Shown piece after piece: positions 9,378 to 18,142 of a DNA stretch of 39,085 bases. A program made the translations under genes and the position numbers. The stretch spans positions 1 through 39,085 of the forward strand of contig CAYWCO010000002.1 in NCBI GenBank assembly GCA_964456815.1, written 5' to 3'. The notes under the pieces were generated by a model that worked only from the letters and a program-made list of their open reading frames with translations, did not search any database and had not been told where the DNA came from. Every line of letters begins with the position of its first letter. Within the stretch, counting starts at the first letter, position 1. This stretch comes from an uncultured Dehalococcoidales bacterium (GTDB lineage: Bacteria; Chloroflexota; Dehalococcoidia; Dehalococcoidales; BS750m-G39).

Positions 9378-12300
9378 GTGAAGGACGTCAATCATATTAC
9401 CTCTTCAGGCTTAAGTTCTCAAACCAGCACCCCTCGGGAAAAGGTAGAAGTAGCCTCTCTCGAGAAAAGTGAGGAATGCTTCAGAGCGGCTATAGCAGAG
9501 CCACTAAGCCAGGCGGAGAAAATAGGCGAGGCTGGTATAGTGGTGGGGATTCCCTTCTATGACGAAGACGATACTATCGGGGCAGTGTTGAAAACGGTAA
9601 GAGAAGGGTTAGAGGAATTTTATCCTGACCAGAAATGCGCCATCGTAGCCGCTGGCTCCCCCGCAGGCGGGAAAGCCCTCAAGGTAGTGAATGACCTTTC
9701 TCAAAGCAGCGAGATAAGCCAGATTGCCTTCTTGCTGAATGATGAAAGGATAAATGGGAAGGGCTGGGCTTTGCGGGCAATTATGGAAGTAGCCCGAATC
9801 CTCGGTGCTGACCTGGCCATCGTGGAAGCTGATTTGAGAAGCCGGGAGAGGAATGGAGAGACTGAAGGACTCGCCCCAGATTGGATTAACCTTCTCCTTG
9901 AACCTATTAAGAGGGAGAAGGCGGATTTAGTTATCTCTCGATTTAACCGCCATTACTTTGAGTCCCCTATTTCCACTCATGTGCTTTATCCACTGCTCAC
10001 CGCGATCTATGGTTGTCCCATTCATGACCTGGTAGGGGGACAATGGGGGATTTCTCACCGCTTGCTTCGAACCTATCTGAAAACCCCGTGGAGTACCGAT
10101 ATTGGAGGCTATGGTATAGATAGCTGGCTGGCTACCATAGCCATTACCAATGAAGCCCTAGTTTGTGAAGCCAACCTGGGAATAAAGGTTCACTGGCCAA
10201 CGGCGGGGAAGGCAGAGCTTGTGCTGCGCAAGCTAGTCAGAGTGCTGTTCGAGCGAATCGTGACTGATAAAAGATGGTGGCGAGAAACAGAGGAGATTGG
10301 CGAGCCACCTTCATTAAAGCCTCTGGCTACCTTCGGGGTCAGGAAGGCACATCAACCCGATGAGGTGCAGATAATTCCTCAGCAACTGATAGCTAGATAT
10401 AAACGAGGGTTCAACGAATTCCATTCCCTTTACCAGAGGATTCTCCCGCAGGAAGTCTACCGACAACTGGAGGAGCTGGCTGGGACCGAGACTAAACGGT
10501 TTGTCTTCCCGGCTCAGTTGTGGGCACAAATTGTCTATCACCTTCTGCTGGATTTTGCTTTTCGACGGGAATTTGCCAAGGACGACCTGCTGAATTCCTT
10601 TATCCCTCTTTATGAGGGGTGCGTGGGCAGCTTTGCCCTGGGAATAAAAGCCCTGAAAAATAGGATAAAACGCTCCCTCCCCCAGGAAGCAGAACGTCTG
10701 GTATCTTTGGAAGCCCAGGGGCAAATAGAGGCGCTGTCGAATGAATTTCTCCGCCAGAAATCAGACTTCCTGGCAACGTGGGAAATGAGGGAGGAAGCCT
10801 TCAAGCCGCCGGTGCCTAAAGTGACCTACCGTGAGTTCATTCCCGGGGTCCCCTTGGTAGTGCCCTCAGAACTCACTACCCCGAAGGGGAAGGTAGTAGC
10901 TACTGCCAATGGCACCTACGATTCCATATTTCATAGATACAAGAGAGAATTTGAACAATTTGTTTATGAAAAGCTGAAAGTCCCCCGAGATGCCAGTTCC
11001 CTGAAAATAGCGGAAGGAATAAGAAATTTCATGCATCGGCTGGAGGCAGAGATAGACAAGACTCTCTTGCCGGGAGAGCTCTCTACCGTAGAAGGAACAC
11101 AGGAGGTAGCCGAGGCCATATTTCGCCACTTCCCCCGTCAGGATAGCTTTGCTTTGATTCCGGAAATGGCTTCCAGGTTTTTGCAGCAATACCCACCCTA
11201 CAATCTGCTGACCAAGCTAGGCTACAGCAACCTTGAGGCACTGCTTAGTCAATATGAACCCAATGATGCTCTAGCCCTAGCTGGTTGGTCAGAAGAGCAA
11301 GAATATGTGGAGCAGATATGGGGGCTAACCAAGAAAAGTGTCCGCCCAGAACATTTTCGAACCCGCCCTGTGAAACCGCTGGTGGTCCGCCATGAAGAAT
11401 TCCCCTCGCTGGTAGAGATGAAAGAAATCGGTGCTCTTAGCAAGATTACTGGGAGGGTAGTAATAAGCAACCTGCACAAGGGCATGGGCGGCGAGTTCCC
11501 CAAATTGCGCTACTTTACCCATATTGCCAAGGCTATTATCGAGATTGAGAGGTTCGGTAAGATATGGCGAAGTTTCGCCGAGGAAAGGAAAGACTTCGGG
11601 GAAAAGGTGATAAATTCACTAGAGGGTCATTGGGGGAGGGAGCCACTATCAGCCCATAATATTTTTGAAAACGGGCATCAGCGGGTGCTGGTAGAGCGGC
11701 TGGGGGAAATGGCGCAGCGAATCACCCAAGAAGCGGGCGGCGATGCCTCTCGCCTGAGCCTGGCTGAACACCTCCAAATTATGGCTGATTCTTATCACCT
11801 GGCTTTTGTCCTTCCCGATGGCACCTTCATCCCCTGCTCCGCCTGGACCTGGGCGAGTTACAGCTTTAATGGGGGAAAAGGATTGCCCCCTCCTCTTTCC
11901 CAGCATGTGGAGCGGGATTGGTCCTCACGGGAATTCCTCACCGAGTATTTCAAAGCGGGTGGAGGCAGGGAGGAAGCAATAGAGGAAAAGATTATAGACC
12001 TTATGGAGGAGGGCAGGGAATGGGAGGATTTAGCTCCGATGCTACTTGGGGAAGTAAAAGAAGCCGAGGGGGTAATGCCAGAAAAAATTGTCACCCCTGG
12101 GCAGCCGCCGGCAGGAGCCCTGAGCCGTTTTGCTGCCAATCCCATACTTGAGCCCATTAAGGAGCACCCATGGGAAGCAAAAAGCGTCTTCAATCCAGGT
12201 GTCATAAATCTAAAGGGCAGGGTTTATCTCATCTATCGGGCTTTGGGAGAGGATAACATCTCTCGCCTTGGACTGGCGGTAAGTAAAGATGGATTTAAGT

Positions 12301-13058
12301 TTACCGAAAGACTCGAAGAACCAATATTTGAGCCAAAGAGAAAGAGTGAAACCAGAGGGTGTGAAGACCCTCGGTTGACCCTAATCGGCGCTCGCCTTTA
12401 CATGGTGTATACCGCTTATGACGGCTTAGTGGCTCAAATTGCCCTCGCCTCCATCGGGGTTAATGATTTCCTGAACCACCGCTGGGGAGCCTGGCATAGA
12501 CACGGTCTGGTTTTCCCCGGCTTCACTGACAAAGACGGTACTTTATTTCCCGAACGCTTCAATGGGCGATTTGCCATGCTTCACCGCGTTGACCCACATA
12601 TATGGATAACCTTTTCTTCCCATCTGCGTTGTCCCTGGCCCCGGAAAGAGCACAAAATAGTGGTCGGGTCAACAACTGGCATGACATGGGATGGGAGGAA
12701 GATTGGTGCTGGGACTCAACCGATTAAGACCAAGTATGGCTGGTTGCTCATCACTCACGGTGCTGACCATTTTCATGTCTATCGGCTAGGGGTGATGCTG
12801 CTTGACTTGAGTGACCCACGAATCCTCCTTTATCGTTCACCCAATTCTATTCTCGAACCCACGGAGAAGTGCGAAATAGGAGAACCCGGTACGCATTGCG
12901 TACCCAATGTGGTTTTTACCTGTGGGGCAGTGCCACGTGAAGGTAACAAAGAGATGCTTGATGCTGAGGACGAAGTGCTAGTTTACTACGGTGCCGCCGA
13001 CTCAGCGGTGGCTGTGGCTACAGCCAAAGTTGCTGACCTCATCCCTGAGGAGTTATGA
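9378..13058 (+). CDS. 1226-aa fusion protein: N-terminal GT-A glycosyltransferase (GpgS/MGS-like), central domain of unknown function, C-terminal GH130 (beta-mannoside phosphorylase-like) domain
   Basis: GTG at 9378 has AAGGAG 7 nt upstream (the ORF-track TTG at 9363 has none). N-terminus: VVGIPFYDEDDTIG, GKGWALR, AIVEADL, PDWI, LVGGQWG, GYGIDSW. C-terminus (~last 330 aa): NPILEPIKEHPWEAKSVFNPGV, GCEDPRL, YMVYTAYDG, VYRLGVMLLDLSDP, VPNVVFTCGAV, VYYGAADS. These are the classic GH130/DUF377 pattern. Confidence 0.7.
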   Translation: MKDVNHITSSGLSSQTSTPREKVEVASLEKSEECFRAAIAEPLSQAEKIGEAGIVVGIPFYDEDDTIGAVLKTVREGLEEFYPDQKCAIVAAGSPAGGKALKVVNDLSQSSEISQIAFLLNDERINGKGWALRAIMEVARILGADLAIVEADLRSRERNGETEGLAPDWINLLLEPIKREKADLVISRFNRHYFESPISTHVLYPLLTAIYGCPIHDLVGGQWGISHRLLRTYLKTPWSTDIGGYGIDSWLATIAITNEALVCEANLGIKVHWPTAGKAELVLRKLVRVLFERIVTDKRWWRETEEIGEPPSLKPLATFGVRKAHQPDEVQIIPQQLIARYKRGFNEFHSLYQRILPQEVYRQLEELAGTETKRFVFPAQLWAQIVYHLLLDFAFRREFAKDDLLNSFIPLYEGCVGSFALGIKALKNRIKRSLPQEAERLVSLEAQGQIEALSNEFLRQKSDFLATWEMREEAFKPPVPKVTYREFIPGVPLVVPSELTTPKGKVVATANGTYDSIFHRYKREFEQFVYEKLKVPRDASSLKIAEGIRNFMHRLEAEIDKTLLPGELSTVEGTQEVAEAIFRHFPRQDSFALIPEMASRFLQQYPPYNLLTKLGYSNLEALLSQYEPNDALALAGWSEEQEYVEQIWGLTKKSVRPEHFRTRPVKPLVVRHEEFPSLVEMKEIGALSKITGRVVISNLHKGMGGEFPKLRYFTHIAKAIIEIERFGKIWRSFAEERKDFGEKVINSLEGHWGREPLSAHNIFENGHQRVLVERLGEMAQRITQEAGGDASRLSLAEHLQIMADSYHLAFVLPDGTFIPCSAWTWASYSFNGGKGLPPPLSQHVERDWSSREFLTEYFKAGGGREEAIEEKIIDLMEEGREWEDLAPMLLGEVKEAEGVMPEKIVTPGQPPAGALSRFAANPILEPIKEHPWEAKSVFNPGVINLKGRVYLIYRALGEDNISRLGLAVSKDGFKFTERLEEPIFEPKRKSETRGCEDPRLTLIGARLYMVYTAYDGLVAQIALASIGVNDFLNHRWGAWHRHGLVFPGFTDKDGTLFPERFNGRFAMLHRVDPHIWITFSSHLRCPWPRKEHKIVVGSTTGMTWDGRKIGAGTQPIKTKYGWLLITHGADHFHVYRLGVMLLDLSDPRILLYRSPNSILEPTEKCEIGEPGTHCVPNVVFTCGAVPREGNKEMLDAEDEVLVYYGAADSAVAVATAKVADLIPEEL

Positions 13059-13359
13059 TAAAACCTGTCGCTGGCGTGGCCTAACGGACTTGTTGTCCCG
13101 GATTCCTAGGTAAAGCCGAACACCACCTTGAAAATTATATCTTTAGTTCTACCTATTGAATGACTCGAGGAGCCGAGCAGGATTCGGAATTCGCTAGAAA
13201 GCGAAAGAGGCCGTAAAAACTATTACTTTTAGCCTGCACGATCTATCGACTATGATTTGACCGTTCTACGCAGCAATGAGCCAACTTGTTCACTCCCCCG
13301 TAGCTTCAAGTTTATTCCTGTGTAGATGGAAACCATGGAATTTTGCTATAGTGTGAAAT

Positions 13360-16068
13360 GTGAAAGAGCAATGGCATAATCTCAGCCCAGATGAAGCGTT
13401 GCTAGTACTTAATTCCAAGCACTCTGGACTAACTGAAACCGAGGCTCAGGCACAGTTAGTTCGATACGGCCCCAATGAGTTAAAGGGCAAGAGGAAAACC
13501 CCACCAATCCTGGTTTTCCTCAGACAGTTCCTTAGTCCACTTATATACGTACTCCTTCTCGCCGCTATAATCTCAATCGTTGTGGAGCACTTCATTGATG
13601 CTGGGGTAATACTGGGAGTGCTGTTACTCAATGCTGTTGTTGGCTTCACGCAGGAAACGCGAGCGGAGAAAGCTATGGAAGCTCTCAAGCGGATGGCGGC
13701 ACCCAGGGCGAGTGTAAGACGTGAGAGCAAGGTAAGGGAGATACCAACCAGAGAAATAGTACCCGGGGATATACTGCTCCTTGAAACCGGCGATAGAGTA
13801 CCCGCCGATGCCAGGCTAATAGAGGTATCAAATTTAAAGGTGAATGAAGCAACACTCACTGGCGAATCAATAGCTGTAGATAAGCATACCAAACCCGTCT
13901 CTGAAGAAGCGCCTCTAGCCGAGAGAAAGAACATGATATATACGGGCACCATCATTACCTATGGAAGAGCCACGGCTGTAGCTGTGAAAACTGGCTTGTC
14001 GACAGAGATAGGCAAAATTGTCACCACTATTCAGGAAGTCGAGACCCCAAAAACACCACTCCAGCAGAACATAAGGAAGCTTAGCCAGTATATCCTTGTC
14101 CTCTTCCTAGGAATTTGTGCTCTGCTGATAGTTGTCGGAGTGCTCAAAGGGATAGGGTGGCTGGAAATCTTTTTGGTAGCCGTCGCTGCTGCCGTCTCAG
14201 CCATACCTGAAGGATTACCAGCGGTTGTGACCGTTGTTCTGGCGATAGGCATGCATATGATGGCCAATCGTAATGCCATCATCCGCAAGTTGGTAGCCGT
14301 CGAAACCCTGGGTTCAGCTACTGCCATCTGTTCTGATAAGACAGGTACCCTGACTCTAAACGAGATGACGGCACGGCGTCTTTATGTCAGCGGTCAGTGG
14401 ATTGAGTTAACCGGTGAAGGTTATGAGCCAAAGGGAGAATTTCGCCAGGAAGGAAAGAGCCTGCATCCGCAAGATAAGCCACCTTTAACTTTGCTCTTAA
14501 AGATAGGAACCCTGTGCAATGACGCTCTGCTCACCAAGGAGGATGGGGGTTTCAGTATTTTGGGGGATCCAACCGAAGGCGCTCTGTTAGTAGCTGCGGC
14601 CAAGGCGGGAACGAACAAGGAAAAGCTAGAAAAAACCTTTCCTCGCCTCGATGAAATTCCCTTCCAGAGCGAAAAGCAATACATGGCTACCCTCCACCCC
14701 CAAGATGGAGGTCGAGTGGTCTATGTAAAGGGAGCAACCGAAAGGCTACTGTCCCTCAGTAAGTATCTCCTAAAAGAGAACGGAATTGCCCTCCTCGGCG
14801 AATCCGACGTTGAGGCTATTATGCAGGTTAACCTTTCTATGGCAAAAGAAGCCATGAGGGTCATCGCTATTGCCTATGCTGACCTTCCCGCCGAATTAGA
14901 AGAGCTGAAAGACGAAGACATCAGGGGCAACCTAGTTTTTGTTGGGCTGGTGGGGATGGATGATCCGCCCCGTGAGGAAGCCAAAGAGGCAGTAAGGCTT
15001 TGCAAGCAGGCCGGTATCAAAGTAATCATGATTACCGGTGACCACGAGGTGACGGCTGAGTCGGTGGCTCGCCAGCTGGGTTTACCACCGGGCAAAGCTA
15101 TAACCGGTGCTGAACTCAAGGAAATGAGCGATGAAGAATTATCAAGGCAAGTAGAGGATACTTTCGTTTTTGCCCGGATTGAGCCACTACAGAAGTTCAG
15201 GATAGTAAACGCGCTCAAAAGCCGAGGGCATGTTGTCGCCATGACGGGGGACGGGGTTAATGATGCCCCGGCTCTGAAAACAGCTAATATCGGCATTGCT
15301 ATGGGTATCACCGGCACTGATGTAGCCAAGGAAGCCTGCGACATGGTACTGGCTGATGATAACTTTGCCTCGATTGTGGCTGCCGTTGATGAAGGCAGGG
15401 CAATTTTCAACCGCCTGCGCAATGTGATTTTCTTCTTACTGAGCACTAACCTCGGAGAGCTACTGGCACTGCTCTTAGCCGTTACCTTTATTGGTAAAGC
15501 ACCGCTACTAGCCGTGCAGATTATCTGGGTTAATTTGGCTACCGACACGGCAGTGACTATCCCACTGGGGCTGGAGCCAAAATTCGGCGATGAACTCAAA
15601 TACCCTCCCCGCCACCCAAAAGCAGGCCTCATCTTCCCCGGGCTTCTCCTCCGTGTTGGCTTCCTGGCTCTAATGATGGGTGCGGGTATATTCTTAATCT
15701 TCAATTGGGCGCTCCCCAGGGTAGGCCTTGAAGAAGCCCGCACTCTTGTCTTTTGCTCACTGGTTGCATTTGAATGGTTCAGAGCTTTTAACGCACGCTC
15801 GGATGAATATACTATCTTCAGGCTGGGTGTATTCCGCAACCGCTGGCTGGTCATTTCCATCTCGGCAGCTATTATATTGCAGCTAGCTATTGTCTATGTG
15901 CCCTTTCTTCAGGTGGCTTTCGGTACAGTGCCTCTAACTATTAACCAGTGGGGTATTGTTATACTGGCCGGTTGCTCTCCCTTTATTATCGATGAAGTTC
16001 GTAAAGTCTTTTTCCCACAGCTCTTTACATTAGGGAAATGGAGACCATGGCGAAAATCAGCTATCTAG
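13360..16068 (+). CDS. P2-type (SERCA/PMCA-like, Ca2+/cation) P-type ATPase
   Basis: Motifs [32 protein letters not shown], and the TM4 motif [11 protein letters not shown] at 13360 is the first possible start, because an in-frame TGA lies 6 nt upstream. Confidence 0.9.
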   Translation: MKEQWHNLSPDEALLVLNSKHSGLTETEAQAQLVRYGPNELKGKRKTPPILVFLRQFLSPLIYVLLLAAIISIVVEHFIDAGVILGVLLLNAVVGFTQETRAEKAMEALKRMAAPRASVRRESKVREIPTREIVPGDILLLETGDRVPADARLIEVSNLKVNEATLTGESIAVDKHTKPVSEEAPLAERKNMIYTGTIITYGRATAVAVKTGLSTEIGKIVTTIQEVETPKTPLQQNIRKLSQYILVLFLGICALLIVVGVLKGIGWLEIFLVAVAAAVSAIPEGLPAVVTVVLAIGMHMMANRNAIIRKLVAVETLGSATAICSDKTGTLTLNEMTARRLYVSGQWIELTGEGYEPKGEFRQEGKSLHPQDKPPLTLLLKIGTLCNDALLTKEDGGFSILGDPTEGALLVAAAKAGTNKEKLEKTFPRLDEIPFQSEKQYMATLHPQDGGRVVYVKGATERLLSLSKYLLKENGIALLGESDVEAIMQVNLSMAKEAMRVIAIAYADLPAELEELKDEDIRGNLVFVGLVGMDDPPREEAKEAVRLCKQAGIKVIMITGDHEVTAESVARQLGLPPGKAITGAELKEMSDEELSRQVEDTFVFARIEPLQKFRIVNALKSRGHVVAMTGDGVNDAPALKTANIGIAMGITGTDVAKEACDMVLADDNFASIVAAVDEGRAIFNRLRNVIFFLLSTNLGELLALLLAVTFIGKAPLLAVQIIWVNLATDTAVTIPLGLEPKFGDELKYPPRHPKAGLIFPGLLLRVGFLALMMGAGIFLIFNWALPRVGLEEARTLVFCSLVAFEWFRAFNARSDEYTIFRLGVFRNRWLVISISAAIILQLAIVYVPFLQVAFGTVPLTINQWGIVILAGCSPFIIDEVRKVFFPQLFTLGKWRPWRKSAI

Positions 16069-16172
16069 GGCATTAGCTTCTAGACAGTAGGTACCTAATA
16101 AGGGTATCTAAGAGGGGAAGGTTATTGCTCCCGTTTGCTATTCAATTGCACAATCAGCCATTTTGTAGAGGC

Positions 16173-16661
16173 CTATCTTCGCCACTTACCGAACGATATG
16201 CGGTATAGTAAGCAGTCCCAAGAGTTTCCTAGTAGGTTGCCAAGCCGAATCATTCGAAGCATTAAGTGAATGGCTTCTACCTTTTCAAAGCCATATGTCT
16301 GCTGCAACTTTTGGACGGCTTCGGGGTCAGGATGAGCATTGGATTCAGCCCAGTGCTGCGCATAGATTACAGCCACAGCCTCCTCTTCTGGACAACTATC
16401 AACATCTCCTGACAGTAGCTGGCTAATCTCTTCCGGGGTAACCCCGCTTTTCAGCGCTTGCTTGGTATGGAAGTAGGAACAATAACGGCAACCTTCTACT
16501 GCGGTTACAGCCAGCATGAGCCTTTCCTGGAAAGCCGGTGATATTAACCCCTTATTCTTTACTTCCTTCAGTCGCTTTCTGTTTCTAATTGGAAAGCACA
16601 AGTCGCTAAATAATTCTTTCGGGTTGTTATATGTTCTTTTGTTGAATTTCATAACCAGCAC
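16173..16661 (-). CDS. carboxymuconolactone decarboxylase / AhpD-like family protein
   Basis: EGCRYCSYFH (CxxCxxxH) sits in an all-helical ~160-aa protein. The gene is convergent with the ATPase gene. Confidence 0.7.
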   Translation of the reverse strand: MLVMKFNKRTYNNPKELFSDLCFPIRNRKRLKEVKNKGLISPAFQERLMLAVTAVEGCRYCSYFHTKQALKSGVTPEEISQLLSGDVDSCPEEEAVAVIYAQHWAESNAHPDPEAVQKLQQTYGFEKVEAIHLMLRMIRLGNLLGNSWDCLLYRISFGKWRR

Positions 16662-17118
16662 TGCCGAAGGTTACAATATAGTGAGGAACACAATATTAGT
16701 ATGTTTAGTATAGCCACATCAAATGAAAAAGTCATCCCAGATGCAAAGGGGAAACCTGTTTCTGCTCGCATCACATTCCATCGGAATGTTACCCCAAACA
16801 ATGGGCGACCTCAGCGGGTAGCCAGGCAAATGTCTACACGTAAATGATGCGTTTAGCTATAGTTTTGTCGCTCCCTCAGATATGAGTCAACTGCTTTTTG
16901 TCTATAAGAGCGGCAGTATCATTTTGTAGGTTGAGGATGAGTTGGCATGGCATGGCATGGCGATTGGAAGAGTCACCCCGGTACCTAACGCTAAGTTATG
17001 TTGCCAAGCTTGTCTGCAAGATATGAGGTATCCTAAAACTAGGCTTGATTGAGCCGATGAATCTCTCTATAGGCTGGAGTCTTACCGTACTGAAAAGGTA
17101 GTGGCTGAACCGTATGGG

Positions 17119-17682
17119 CTACCGATAGCAGGCTGAGCACTCTAGACTGAGCATGCTCGGCTGAGGGTGCTGGGATGAGCAGGCTAAAGCCATTGTTCTA
17201 TGGGGTGACTGAGGCTGAAAATACAGGTGCTGGGAGTACTCACTAACGGCTTCACTTGAATAAGGCTGAACGACGTTCAGCTTTGGGTTTTTCAACTTGA
17301 TTTTAGCCAGAGGACTTTCCAGGATAAAGCTTTCCCTGACGCACCAGTTGAAGAAAGCCTTAAGAACGCAGTAGTAGTGGTGGACTGTGCAGTAGGTGGC
17401 CTTTGTCCGGCTTGACTCTGATCCGTTACCTTCAAGCCCCCATCGGTTCCCTTCTCCTGATACATAGGCTAAAAATTCCCTGATATGCCATTCTGTAATC
17501 ATGTGGACATCTTCAGGCCATTCTTGCCTTTCCGCGTACCACAGGAAACGCCGTAGATTGCTTTCATAATACTCAATAGTGCGGGGGCTTTTACAGTCGG
17601 TGCGCTGGGTGAGGATAAATCCTTTAACGAGAGAGTTAAGAGACGTACTGACGGGTGCTTGTGGTCTTATAGACACAACCAT
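17119..17682 (-). pseudogene. tyrosine recombinase/phage integrase, N-terminal SAM-like domain only (catalytic domain missing)
   Basis: SPRTIEYYESNLRRFLWYA...ITEWHIREFLAYV...KATYCTVHHYYCVLKAFFNWCVRE is typical of the integrase core-binding domain. After ~aa 145 the ORF becomes unrelated sequence and stops at 187 aa. No R..HxxR..Y catalytic region follows. Confidence 0.7.
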
Positions 17683-17791
17683 TTTTCATTTTGCGGAGCC
17701 GCCCATTTATACAATCAGGTGGTCTATATTATATCTAACCACCTATGCTTTTCACAACAACCATGAGGTCTAGAAATCTCATCTAGCCTTA

Positions 17792-17868
17792 TGGTGGGCG
17801 GTAGAGGACTTGAACCTCTGACCCCCTGCGTGTAAAGCAGGTGCTCTAACCAACTGAGCTAACCGCCC
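17792..17868 (-). tRNA. tRNA-Val(TAC), CCA encoded
   Basis: The reverse complement is GGGCGGTTAGCTCAGTTGGTTAGAGCACCTGCTTTACACGCAGGGGGTCAGAGGTTCAAGTCCTCTACCGCCCACCA. It folds by hand into a cloverleaf with anticodon loop TTTACAC. Confidence 0.9.
17794..17839. repeat. 46-bp direct repeat within the intact tRNA-Val (proximal att site)
   Basis: Identical to 7343-7388. Confidence 0.9.
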
Positions 17869-17871
17869 CTA

Positions 17872-17948
17872 TGGTGCGCTTGGCGGGTCTCGAACCCACA
17901 ACCTCAGCCTCCGCAGGGCTGCGCTCTATCCTGTTGAGCTACAAGCGC
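17872..17948 (-). tRNA. tRNA-Arg(GCG), CCA encoded
   Basis: The reverse complement is GCGCTTGTAGCTCAACAGGATAGAGCGCAGCCCTGCGGAGGCTGAGGTTGTGGGTTCGAGACCCGCCAAGCGCACCA. Anticodon arm: CAGCC-CTGCGGA-GGCTG. Confidence 0.85.
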
Positions 17949-17965
17949 CCAAACGCTTAAAAAAG

Positions 17966-18048
17966 TGCCGAAGGGGAGATTTGAACTCCCACATCCTTAC
18001 GGATACTACGCCCTGAACGTAGCGCGTCTGCCATTCCGCCACTTCGGC
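17966..18048 (-). tRNA. tRNA-Leu(CAG), long variable arm, CCA not encoded
   Basis: The reverse complement is GCCGAAGTGGCGGAATGGCAGACGCGCTACGTTCAGGGCGTAGTATCCGTAAGGATGTGGGAGTTCAAATCTCCCCTTCGGCA. Anticodon loop: TTCAGGG. Confidence 0.85.
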
Positions 18049-18062
18049 ACGGAGACAAGAGG

Positions 18063-18092
18063 ATTATACCCAGTTAAGTAATTGGGCGTCAA
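18063..18092 (-). promoter_or_regulatory. sigma70-like promoter of the tRNA-Leu/Arg/Val operon
   Basis: On the minus strand: TTGACG (18087-18092), 18-nt spacer, TATAAT (18063-18068). It lies ~14 nt upstream of the tRNA-Leu 5' end. Confidence 0.5.
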
Positions 18093-18095
18093 GGG

Positions 18096-18123
18096 AATAA
18101 AAAGAGGGGGCAAAGCCCCCTCT
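18096..18123 (-). terminator. intrinsic terminator after rpsI
   Basis: A 9-bp GC-rich stem (AGAGGGGGC / GCCCCCTCT, 18103-18123) with a 3-nt loop is followed on the minus strand by TTTTATT. It starts 19 nt past the rpsI stop. Confidence 0.7.
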
Positions 18124-18142
18124 TAAAACTGCTTTATCTGAA

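Larger units (their letters stand above)
7343..17793. mobile_element. tRNA-Val-integrated genomic island (~10.45 kb), probably immobilised
   Basis: Perfect 46-bp direct repeats equal to the tRNA 3' half. A tyrosine-integrase N-terminal fragment sits next to the intact tRNA. Hand-counted GC of 100-nt samples is 45% and 45% inside (9361-9460, 14001-14100) versus 58% and 58% outside (6301-6400, 26401-26500). Confidence 0.75.

Noticed and set aside
13059-13359. 300-nt untranslated region upstream of the P-type ATPase, examined for a metal riboswitch (Mn2+ yybP-ykoY-like or Mg2+ M-box-like).
   Set aside because: I could not find the conserved cores on the plus strand. The only GGGGAG-like string is on the wrong strand. 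A covariance-model scan would be needed for a definitive no.
14874-15860. 328-aa minus-strand ORF inside the P-type ATPase gene. Similar long antisense ORFs occur at 29726-30430 (+), 2755-3327 (-), 13446-13955 (-), 20087-20392 (+), 30886-31359 (+) and 33980-34450 (+).
   Set aside because: Each lies fully within, and antisense to, a gene with unmistakable family motifs. Their translations are low-complexity (Ser/Pro/Arg/Ala-rich) with no recognisable motifs or SD. They are shadow ORFs of GC-rich coding sequence.
16943-16962. Short tandem repeat (TGGCA x3 plus TGGCG).
   Set aside because: Only 20 nt, inside the decayed non-coding scar. Most simply explained as slippage, not a functional array.
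17717-17744. AT-rich inverted repeat near int, considered as a chromosomal dif/Xer site because gene orientation converges around the island.
   Set aside because: It lacks the conserved XerD-arm TTATGT..AA.T pattern and lies inside the island next to int. It is better explained as an int promoter operator or recombinase site.
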